64,000 nucleotides of DNA from Candidatus Aldehydirespiratoraceae bacterium. Its GTDB lineage: Bacteria; Actinomycetota; Acidimicrobiia; Acidimicrobiales; Aldehydirespiratoraceae. A program made the translations under genes and the position numbers. Positions 27,433 through 35,726 of the stretch are shown piece by piece (position 1 is the stretch's first letter; every line of letters starts with the position of its first letter). The notes below the pieces were generated by a model, which saw only the letters and a list, made by a program, of their open reading frames with translations, was not told the origin of the DNA and made no database searches. The stretch spans positions 1,159,096-1,223,095 of the forward strand of contig OZ240616.1 of the NCBI GenBank assembly GCA_965198315.1, read 5' to 3'.

Positions 27433-28041
27433 TCAGTCCTCTTCGACGGGTCCCAGCAGTTCTTCGACTGCGTCGCGGACTTGGCGGTCGCGGTCTTTTC
27501 GTGCTCGTTGGTAGACATCTGCGACTTCGGGACCTTCAAACGCGGCCAGCGCGATGACGGCCCTGCGTCGAACCGCCACTTTGTCCTGGGTCGCATCAAG
27601 GATCGCGGGCAGGCCTCGATCATCTCCGATAGCGCCGAGCGCGGCAACGGCGCTCTCCCGAGCAAGCGGATCGTGGTGATTGCGAGCGACTTGCGACAGC
27701 TGATGGATAATCGTTTCGCTGGCTGTCTCACGTTCCCCGAGCGCCCACGCGGCGGTTTCCACAACCGTCGAATCTCCGTCGTTCAGTAGGTGCACAAGCA
27801 TTGGTTGTGCATGGTTGGCTGCTATTTCGATCGCCGCAATGCGAACCGTTGGTTCGGTGTCGTTGAGGGCCGTAGTGAGCTGCTCTTCGGTCGTGACTTC
27901 GAGCCTCGCGAGAGAGCGGAGCGCGGCGATACGTACCTTCGGGTCGGGATCGATTTGAGCTGCCTCGGCGGTGCCGATGTCGCCGCGATATCCGGCCAAC
28001 GCCGCAGTTTGTCGTCGTTGCGCAGCGTTGGACCCACCCAT
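27433..28041 (-). CDS. HEAT-repeat protein
   Basis: ORF track 202 aa. Repeated DPKVRIAALRSL / EPTVRIAAIEIA / DPLARESAVAALGAIGD / KVAVRRRAVIAL units. Confidence 0.7.
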   Translation of the reverse strand: MGGSNAAQRRQTAALAGYRGDIGTAEAAQIDPDPKVRIAALRSLARLEVTTEEQLTTALNDTEPTVRIAAIEIAANHAQPMLVHLLNDGDSTVVETAAWALGERETASETIIHQLSQVARNHHDPLARESAVAALGAIGDDRGLPAILDATQDKVAVRRRAVIALAAFEGPEVADVYQRARKDRDRQVRDAVEELLGPVEED

Positions 28042-28046
28042 GATGG

Positions 28047-28481
28047 TCAGGAGATCGCGTTCTCCAACAATAACGCGAGCCCAACAACGATGACGCCAAT
28101 CACAACGGCCACAGCGATACCCAAACCTACGACGATCGCGGCTAGCACTATCAGCGAACGCAGACGTTGCCAGAGTCGAACATATGCCTTGGGTCCGACA
28201 ACGGGACGTTCCACCGTTCGCCGCAAGATTCCCACGGCTCGCAGTGAGCTCACGATCAGGTCGGATGGCTGGTTGTGACGGGGTCCTGACTGTTCATCAC
28301 CACGGTCTGAAGTGGCCAACCAGACGGCGAGCCGGATGGATTCCAGTTGGGTCGGGCGCTGCGCACTGTCATAGTTGGTTGTGGCTTTGGCAGGCTGAAG
28401 TCTCAATTGTGGTCGCGCAGCGCGGCCAACAAGATCTACCGTCGCTAGGACGAACACAAACACGATGAATGAGGTGAGCAC
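28047..28481 (-). CDS. membrane protein (hypothetical)
   Basis: ORF track 144 aa. N- and C-terminal TM helices. 5-nt gap to the HEAT gene. Start overlaps the divergent gene, so one of the two starts is probably shorter. Confidence 0.45.
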   Translation of the reverse strand: MLTSFIVFVFVLATVDLVGRAARPQLRLQPAKATTNYDSAQRPTQLESIRLAVWLATSDRGDEQSGPRHNQPSDLIVSSLRAVGILRRTVERPVVGPKAYVRLWQRLRSLIVLAAIVVGLGIAVAVVIGVIVVGLALLLENAIS

Positions 28482-29637
28482 GTCCGTTCCAATGCTACAG
28501 GACGACCTGGAAGGCTCGACGCCGGGTCACGATGTGGCGGTGCCTGCACGCCGGCAACGGCGCCGCTCCTGGTTGAAACGGGGTTTGTGGGGATTGCTGA
28601 CGGCGATCGTGCTCTTTGGAGCGTCTTTGGTCGTTTCGGCTCAAACACTGGGGCGGGTCATTCCGGGCCAGGCGCTCGTTGACAGGGGAGCGGCAGTTAC
28701 GAGGCCCGGGTCGGCACGACCCGTCAGCGACCGAGTGGAGATCGCGGGGCACCGTGTGTTCCGGCCCGAAGGCGAGTTTCTTTTAACCACCGTTGCGGTT
28801 GATTTGGATGTTTCGGTGTTCGAGTGGATTGAGTCTGAGATCAATGACGACTTTGAGTTGCAACCGTTGGAACACATTCTGGGCGACCGAACTCCGCAAG
28901 AGAATCGGACCCGCAACCTCGAAATGATGAGCCGCTCCAAAGACGATGCGATTATTGCTGCTTTGGAGCATCTAGGGGTGCCAGTCAACGAAACCGGCGT
29001 GGGGTTCAACGTCATTGTCAGTGGTGGCCCGGTTGATGGCCTGCTGACGGTCGGTGATGTCATCGTTGCGGTTGATGGTGTCGAGATTGATTCGCTGCAA
29101 TCACTGCGTGATGAACTGACCAACAAGATTCCCGGGGAGACCGGCATTGTGACCGTGGAGAACAGCGACACGGTTGAAATACGAGATGTCTCGATTGTCT
29201 GGGGTGAACACCCCGAGGGGTTCGAGGGCGCTTATATAGGTATTGGCGAGATTGTCCCGCGGATTGAAGATCTGTCGATGGCGATTGATGTGAGTATTGA
29301 CACTGGTTCAACCGGTGGACCGTCAGCCGGACTCGCTTTCACGCTTGCCATCATCGACTCGTTGACCGAGGGTGAACTCACCGGGAACCAGCGAATCGCG
29401 GTCACGGGCCAGATCTTTGTGGGAGGTGCAGTTGGCAATGTTGGGGGTGTTGGTCAAAAAGCTGTGGCGGCACGCTCCGCTGGGGCAGTTGCCTTCATTG
29501 TCCCCGAAGGCTTGCTTGAAGATGCACAAGCCCAAGCTGGTGATATGAGAGTCTTCGGGGTGTCGACTCTTGACGAGGCGATAGAGGCACTTGCCGAACT
29601 GGGCGGCGACACCAACGACCTCCACCTTGACTTGTAG
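28465..29637 (+). CDS. PDZ domain-containing Lon-like (S16) serine protease
   Basis: ORF track 390 aa. N-terminal TM, PDZ (GDVIVAVDGVEIDS), Lon proteolytic domain GGPSAGLAFTLAIIDSL ... GGVGQKAVAA. Confidence 0.8.
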   Translation: MNEVSTSVPMLQDDLEGSTPGHDVAVPARRQRRRSWLKRGLWGLLTAIVLFGASLVVSAQTLGRVIPGQALVDRGAAVTRPGSARPVSDRVEIAGHRVFRPEGEFLLTTVAVDLDVSVFEWIESEINDDFELQPLEHILGDRTPQENRTRNLEMMSRSKDDAIIAALEHLGVPVNETGVGFNVIVSGGPVDGLLTVGDVIVAVDGVEIDSLQSLRDELTNKIPGETGIVTVENSDTVEIRDVSIVWGEHPEGFEGAYIGIGEIVPRIEDLSMAIDVSIDTGSTGGPSAGLAFTLAIIDSLTEGELTGNQRIAVTGQIFVGGAVGNVGGVGQKAVAARSAGAVAFIVPEGLLEDAQAQAGDMRVFGVSTLDEAIEALAELGGDTNDLHLDL

Positions 29638-29718
29638 AAATGGCTCACTAAGAACCGGGTTGGTTGAGAACTGATCGTTGGGGTATTCCCCATTGGTGCT
29701 AGCCCGGCTCCTACGATA

Positions 29719-31566
29719 TTGGGCGTGACCGAGACGCCGGACGCCGAGCCTGAGAGCGCGCCCCTGACCAGCGATTCGCTCAGCGATGAGGCGATCGACC
29801 CGGGTGACCTTGAGTTGAGGTCTTTTTCGATCACGAGGCGGGGGTTCGACCCCACCGAGGTGCGTTCCCAGCTTCAAGCAGCGGCATCAGAGATCCGTCG
29901 ACTACAACGTCTCGGCAACGAATTGAGTGGGAGGCTGACCGAATCCCAACAGGCCGGTCGGGGCGATACGGATGCACGACGGGCCACCGAGATGCTCGGA
30001 GTCGAAGTGAGCAGCGTGCTTGAGGCAGCTCACAACGCAGCAGCAAGTCGGATTGAGAGAGCTGAAAGCGAAGCTGAGGCGATGAGCCACGAGGCGCGTT
30101 CTGCTGTTGAATCTGTGCTTGCAGACGCCACCGCCCAATCCACTGAGCTAGTAGCGTCGGCGCGGCTTGAAGCTGAGGAAATCGTTGAAGAAAGTCGCAA
30201 TCATGGCCGTGAGATGGTCAATGAGGCCCAGATGGTAAGAGAGCGCATGTTGCGCGATCTTGCCCGAAAGCGACAGACCGGCCGTACCCAGATCGAGCAA
30301 CTTCGAGCCGGGCGGGATCGGCTACTCGATGCTTTGACCACGGTTCAAACCAGTCTCGATACAGCTATCGAAGATTTGGTGACTTCTGTGCCAGAGGCCC
30401 GCACGGCCGCGAATCGCGCCGGCCTGCGGATTTCTTCAGAACCTACGCCCACTGCCGATGATCTTGAGGCTGAAATCGAAGCGGGCAGGTTGGTGGGGCA
30501 TCCATTGGTCGCCGATTCCCCGCTCCCCGGGCCGATCAGTGACACCTTCACGACCGGTGAAATGGAGGCTCTGGACCATCTAGATGCTCTCAGTGTCAAC
30601 ACCGAGGAATCCGAGGCTGAGGAATCCGGGGCTGACGAATCCGCTGAGTTGTCACAACCCGAAGCGGAACCCGACCCGCAACCCGAACATGAACCCCGCT
30701 CAGAAGTCGAAGCAGAGGCCGAAGCCGAAATAGAAGCAGAAGTCGAAGCAGAGGTCGAAGCAGAGGCCGAATCCGAATCTGTTTCCGAGACCGATAGCGA
30801 CGAGCTTCCCCGAAACGCCAGAGACATTTTTTCCCGTCTACGCTCTTCGCGAGCAGCAACCGAGTCGGAGTCTGCCCCCGAGCAGGTCGCAGAGCCTCCC
30901 CAGAGTTCGAAGTCCGAGGCCGCCGGAGATCCTGAGCCCAGCGCCGACGCAATGGCTGATTCAAACGGTGCCGTTCGCAAACGCGCGGCCGACGCGGCGG
31001 CAAAAGCCATGAAGAAGGTCCTGGTTGAAGAGCAGGGTTCGTTGCTTGACGGAATCCGGTGCAGCGGAGCGGCTGCAATGACTAGTTTCGACGAAGAAGC
31101 AAGCCACAATGCTTCATACGATGAAGCCGCTATTCCAGCCCTCCGAGAACAGTGCGTCTCGCTTGGAGGCCCTACGGAACTCGACCTGACACCGGCGCTG
31201 GCCAACATTCATGTGATCGCACTTGAGCCTGTACGACGACGGCTGGCGGACATCGCTGAGCAGTTCGACGGCGAAGAAGAACTCTCCGACGCGGTTCGAG
31301 CGCTGTATCGCGAGGCCCGTTCTCGGCACCTGAATGATGCCGCCTCCGCGGCCTCGGTCGCAGTCGATGGCCTCGTCAAGATCGACAAGGCCCACCAGGA
31401 CAAGGCTGATCGAACCGTGCGCTGGGTGGTGAACGTTGACGGTTCCTGCGGTGCGGATTGTGCAGACAATGCCTTGGCCGGCGAGGTGGTCGCCGGCGAC
31501 AAGTTTCCGACCGGTGACCGATTTCCGCCGGCACATCCCATGTGCACCTGCCAACTCGAGGTCTAG
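29719..31566 (+). CDS. DivIVA-domain / coiled-coil / acidic-repeat protein with C-terminal Mu-F-like motif
   Basis: ORF track 615 aa. N-terminal LRSFSITRRGFDPTEVRSQL (DivIVA motif). Long helical region. EAEAEAEIEAEVEAEVEAEAESES low-complexity stretch. C-terminal VRWVVNVDGSCGADCADNALAGEVVAGDKFPTGDRFPPAHPMCTCQL. Confidence 0.7.
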   Translation: MGVTETPDAEPESAPLTSDSLSDEAIDPGDLELRSFSITRRGFDPTEVRSQLQAAASEIRRLQRLGNELSGRLTESQQAGRGDTDARRATEMLGVEVSSVLEAAHNAAASRIERAESEAEAMSHEARSAVESVLADATAQSTELVASARLEAEEIVEESRNHGREMVNEAQMVRERMLRDLARKRQTGRTQIEQLRAGRDRLLDALTTVQTSLDTAIEDLVTSVPEARTAANRAGLRISSEPTPTADDLEAEIEAGRLVGHPLVADSPLPGPISDTFTTGEMEALDHLDALSVNTEESEAEESGADESAELSQPEAEPDPQPEHEPRSEVEAEAEAEIEAEVEAEVEAEAESESVSETDSDELPRNARDIFSRLRSSRAATESESAPEQVAEPPQSSKSEAAGDPEPSADAMADSNGAVRKRAADAAAKAMKKVLVEEQGSLLDGIRCSGAAAMTSFDEEASHNASYDEAAIPALREQCVSLGGPTELDLTPALANIHVIALEPVRRRLADIAEQFDGEEELSDAVRALYREARSRHLNDAASAASVAVDGLVKIDKAHQDKADRTVRWVVNVDGSCGADCADNALAGEVVAGDKFPTGDRFPPAHPMCTCQLEV

Positions 31567-31691
31567 GAACTGATCGGGTAGGCCGTCGGCTGATTGGGTC
31601 ACTGGTTCGGTAGCTGGTTCATCAGCTGAATTACTGTCTGATTCAACTGATCAGGTTCGGCTCAGGTTTCGGGACGCTAGCCTCAGGTCCG

Positions 31692-34600
31692 ATGGCTGAC
31701 GTTGAGGACATAATTAACCCAAGGGCTGGACGGTTTCGTCGCAAAGGACGGTTTATCGCCCTAGGAGTCGTGTTTGCTTTGCTGTTCGGGCTCTTGTCGC
31801 TGCGCGGAGTCGCCAGTTTCTACACCGATTACCTGTGGTTCGATGCGCTCAACCGTGCCTCAGTCTGGCGCCAGGTGCTTGCTGCCAAGGTCATTCTGAC
31901 GCTGATATTCGGCGCGGTCTTCTTCGCGCTGATGTGGCTGAACCTCTTCATCTCCGATCGCAGCGCGCCCACGCACAGACCTCCGGGGCCTGAAGAGGAG
32001 TTGATCTCCCGGTACCACGCCGCGGTCGGGGGGCGTTACTTCTTGTTGCGCACGGCCCTTTCGTTCTTCTTTGCGCTGCTCGCCGCGGCGGGAGTGCCGA
32101 GCCAGTGGGAAGAATGGCTGCTTTTTGTAAACCGCAAGGAGTTCGGGATTTCCGATCCTCAGTTCGGTGCCGACATCGGATTTTATGTCTTCCAACTCCC
32201 GTTCTTGAGCTATGTGGTCGGCTGGGCCTTCGCGGCTTTCGTGATCATGTTGATCGTCACCGCGATCTCGCATTACCTGAACGGATCGGTTCGTATCAGT
32301 GTGATCGGCGGCGAACGAGCCAAACCGATCGTGAAAGTGCATCTCTCAGCGATTTTGGCGGTCCTGGCCGTCATCAAAGCACTGGACTACTGGCTGGCCC
32401 GATATGAGTTGACGACATCTACTCGCGGTGTCCTCGATGGAGCGTTCTACACCGATGTCAATGCGCAGGTTCCAGCGTTGTACTTGCTGATTGCTATCTC
32501 GTTGTGTGCAGTCGTCTTGTTGGTTGTCAACTTGTGGCGACGGGGCTGGACTCTTCCGGTACTTGCTGTTGGGCTCTGGGCGTTTGTGGCGATTGTGGTG
32601 GGTGGTATCTACCCGGCGTTTGTGCAGAGGTTTCAGGTTGACCCCAACGAGACCGTCCGCGAAGCAGATTTTGCCGCTCGCAACATCGAAGCCACCCGCA
32701 ATGCTTTCGGCCTTGAGGACATGGCCGTCAACCCGTTTGACTATTCCGAGGCTCTTACCGCAGATCAGATCCGCGCCAACGCGGTGACGGTCCAGAACGC
32801 CCGAGTGCTTGATCCGGTCACGGTTCATCCCACCTTTGAGCGCTTCCAGGCTGAACGCGGCTTCTATCGCTTCCTAGGTGAAGATGCGGTGCCAGGGAGC
32901 GGTGCAATTGAGCCGACGCTCGACACCGACCGCTACATAGTCGACGGTGAATTACGCCAGGTGATCTTGGGTGCGCGCGAGTTGGCGGGAGAAGACACGG
33001 CCAACTGGGAGCGCCGACATGTCCGTGTAACCCACGGATACGGCTTGGCGATGGCAAGCGCCAACGCAACAACCGACGAGGGTCGGCCAGATTTCTTGGT
33101 GTCCACGATCACCAACGATGTTGACGACTCCATCGAACTGGATTTTGGGGTTCCGCAGATCTATCACGGTGAGGACATGGGCGGGTACTCCCTGGTAGGT
33201 ACAACGGTTGATGAGGTCGATTTTGTCGCCAACGACGGTGGCGATGTGCTCGGAAACTATGAAGGTTCGGCGGGTGTCAATCTGGGTGGGATTGTTCGTC
33301 AGCTGGCGTTTTCGTTGCGCTTCGGTCAGATCGAGCCGCTGATATCCAACTTCATTGACAGCGACACCCGAGTGATCTACGTGCGTGACGTGCGTGACCG
33401 GGTAGAGAAGCTTGCACCCTTCTTGGAGTACGACAGCGATGTATACCCGGTGATTATCAACGACCGCATCCACTACGTGATCGACGCTTACACCACAACC
33501 GACAGATACCCGTACTCGCAACGTTCCGAGAACGACAGGCTCCTGAGGGGTGGCTTGGCTGGTCCGCGGTTCAACTATGTGCGCAACTCGGTCAAGGCGG
33601 TGGTTGACTCGTACGACGGTGATGTGGCGTTTTACGTGATGCCGATCGAGGATCCGATCATTGAGGCTTGGCGATCGGCCTTCCCGAGCTTGTTCAGCGA
33701 CTTCTCGGAAATGCCCGATGAGTTGAAGGAACATCTGCGGTACCCGCAAGACCTGTTCCGGGTTCAGACCAACATGTACTCAACTTACCAGATCGAGAAT
33801 CCTGTGAGTTTGCTCGTCGGTACCGAACTCTGGGCGGTGGCTCAGGATCCGGGCCGCTCGGTTGAGGCTGGTGGGACGGTAGAGTCCTCAACTGACGAGC
33901 AGGGGATCATCAGCTTTCGTGAACAGCGGGTCAGTCCCTACTACACATTGTTGCAGTTGCCGGGCGAGGAGGATCCGTCCTTCGTCACACTCCGATCGTT
34001 CGTTCCGTTCGACGAAAACGATGACCGCAAAGAACTCGAAGCTTTCATGGTGGGAGAGACGCGCCCCGACGGATCTTCTCGTCTTGTCACCTACGAACTG
34101 ACCAGTTCAACCGCGCCGGGTCCGGTTTTGGTGGCTTCAGGTATTGCTCAGACTCAGGAGATCACGACCCAGCTCACTTTGTTGGATCAGGCTGGTTCAC
34201 AAGTTGATTTCAGCGATCTCGTAATGTTGCCGATCGACAACTCGATTCTGTGGGTGCGTTCGTTGTACGTGTCGGCGGAAGGCACGAGTGTGCCGAACCT
34301 GGAGTTTGTGATCGCCGCGATCGTTGGTGAGACCCAGCAGATCGGCATTGGCCGCAATCTCAACGAGGCCTTGCAACAGCTGTTCCCAGGGGAGGACTTC
34401 TCCGATGTCGTCGGTGTGGCTCTGGGCGACGTGAACGGCGCAGATGTCCCAGACAGCGATAGTGCTGAGGACGGGCCACAGACATCGGATCCCGACGACA
34501 CCCCAGCCCCGGATGACACGCCTGCTCCCGACGACACGCCTTCTCCCGGTGATGAACTCCCCGACAACCTCGTGGACTTGCTCACCGAGTTGGATCGTCA

Positions 34601-34721
34601 GTTCCGCTTGTCACAGGAGGCGTTGGCCGCCGATCCTCCGCAACGCAGCGCCTGGGCCGCAGCCCAAGACCGCATCGACGAACTTTTAGCGCAGTTCCGC
34701 GAACTCGCTGACGGCGGTTAG
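31692..34721 (+). CDS. UPF0182 family large membrane protein
   Basis: ORF track 1009 aa. N-terminal FYTDYLWFDALNR and multi-TM region typical of UPF0182. C-terminal DDTPAP x3 repeat (34494-34550). Confidence 0.85.
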   Translation: MADVEDIINPRAGRFRRKGRFIALGVVFALLFGLLSLRGVASFYTDYLWFDALNRASVWRQVLAAKVILTLIFGAVFFALMWLNLFISDRSAPTHRPPGPEEELISRYHAAVGGRYFLLRTALSFFFALLAAAGVPSQWEEWLLFVNRKEFGISDPQFGADIGFYVFQLPFLSYVVGWAFAAFVIMLIVTAISHYLNGSVRISVIGGERAKPIVKVHLSAILAVLAVIKALDYWLARYELTTSTRGVLDGAFYTDVNAQVPALYLLIAISLCAVVLLVVNLWRRGWTLPVLAVGLWAFVAIVVGGIYPAFVQRFQVDPNETVREADFAARNIEATRNAFGLEDMAVNPFDYSEALTADQIRANAVTVQNARVLDPVTVHPTFERFQAERGFYRFLGEDAVPGSGAIEPTLDTDRYIVDGELRQVILGARELAGEDTANWERRHVRVTHGYGLAMASANATTDEGRPDFLVSTITNDVDDSIELDFGVPQIYHGEDMGGYSLVGTTVDEVDFVANDGGDVLGNYEGSAGVNLGGIVRQLAFSLRFGQIEPLISNFIDSDTRVIYVRDVRDRVEKLAPFLEYDSDVYPVIINDRIHYVIDAYTTTDRYPYSQRSENDRLLRGGLAGPRFNYVRNSVKAVVDSYDGDVAFYVMPIEDPIIEAWRSAFPSLFSDFSEMPDELKEHLRYPQDLFRVQTNMYSTYQIENPVSLLVGTELWAVAQDPGRSVEAGGTVESSTDEQGIISFREQRVSPYYTLLQLPGEEDPSFVTLRSFVPFDENDDRKELEAFMVGETRPDGSSRLVTYELTSSTAPGPVLVASGIAQTQEITTQLTLLDQAGSQVDFSDLVMLPIDNSILWVRSLYVSAEGTSVPNLEFVIAAIVGETQQIGIGRNLNEALQQLFPGEDFSDVVGVALGDVNGADVPDSDSAEDGPQTSDPDDTPAPDDTPAPDDTPSPGDELPDNLVDLLTELDRQFRLSQEALAADPPQRSAWAAAQDRIDELLAQFRELADGG

Positions 34722-34732
34722 GCTGACCGCGT

Positions 34733-35401
34733 TCAGGAAGTGCTCACCAGGATTCGGGCGGAGGCGAATCCGCCTACGACTACGGGGGTTCCGCCGATGA
34801 CGACTGTGGAAGTCCCGTCGGGAGATTTGGCGCTTACCTGACCGGTTGATCCAGGGACGATCGACGATTGTTCGAGGAAGTCGAGCATTCCTTCGGTGAA
34901 CTCAAGTTCTTCGGTGATGCGCCGGATGGTCAGGTTCTGGCCGATTTTGATGGTGTCGAGTGCGACAAGATCTGGTGTTTCGTAGTCCGAACCTGGAATG
35001 GGATTGCCGTGTGGGCAGGTGGTTGGTTCGTGGAGCAGCGTCATCATGGCTTTTTCGACGGTGGGAGAGATGATGTGCTCCCATTTCCCTGCTTCTTGAT
35101 GGGCCTGAGCCCAGTTCAGGCCGAGCACATCAGTCAGGAAGCGCTCGGCGAGACGATGCCGACGCACAACCGTTTCGGCAAGGTGCATTCCCTGTGGGGT
35201 GAGGGTGATCTGGTCGCCGATCTGGATCAAGCCTTCGGCTTCCATGCGCTTGACCATCTCAGACACCGAAGGGCGCGACACCTCGAGACGGTCTGCGATC
35301 CGAGCTTGGATGACATCCAGATCGTCTTCGTCAAGTTCGTAGATCGTCTCGCAGTATTCCTCGAACGCGGGGTGCCACTCCGGAGACTCGTAGTCGTCCA
35401 T
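34733..35401 (-). CDS. DtxR/IdeR/MntR family metal-dependent transcriptional regulator
   Basis: ORF track 222 aa. ARIADRLEVSRPSVSEMVKRMEAEGLI HTH, RRHRLAERFL, metal-site residues WEHIISP...CPHGNPIP, SH3/FeoA-like C-terminus. Confidence 0.85.
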   Translation of the reverse strand: MDDYESPEWHPAFEEYCETIYELDEDDLDVIQARIADRLEVSRPSVSEMVKRMEAEGLIQIGDQITLTPQGMHLAETVVRRHRLAERFLTDVLGLNWAQAHQEAGKWEHIISPTVEKAMMTLLHEPTTCPHGNPIPGSDYETPDLVALDTIKIGQNLTIRRITEELEFTEGMLDFLEQSSIVPGSTGQVSAKSPDGTSTVVIGGTPVVVGGFASARILVSTS

Positions 35402-35509
35402 ACTTCGCAGTCTAGAACATCAGAACCCCCCTGTTTCCATGACGATTCGGTGTCGATGACTGGTTCCGGTAGAGACTACAAGGCGGCTTGGGCTGGCTAG
35501 CGTGCGGGG

Positions 35510-35700
35510 ATGGTCGATCCCCTGCAACCTTTCTCGGAGCCGGTCCGGGACTGGTTCGAGGCGACCTTTGCTGAACCCACGCCCGCACAGCTACAGGGTT
35601 GGCCGGTGATCGCTGCGGGAGACCACACGCTGATCCTCGCCCCCACCGGAACCGGCAAGACCCGATCCGCATTCTTGGTAGGGATTGACCGTTCCAAGGC
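35510..35700 (+). pseudogene. lhr: 5' fragment (~62 codons) of ATP-dependent helicase Lhr
   Basis: FSEPVRDWFEATFAEPTPAQLQGWPVIAAGDHTLILAPTGTGKTRSAFLVGIDR is the Lhr N-terminus with Walker A. Homology stops near 35697. The rest of the ~1500-aa gene is absent from the window. Confidence 0.7.
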
Positions 35701-35726
35701 ACGGGTTGACGGGTTGGCCGAGGTTG

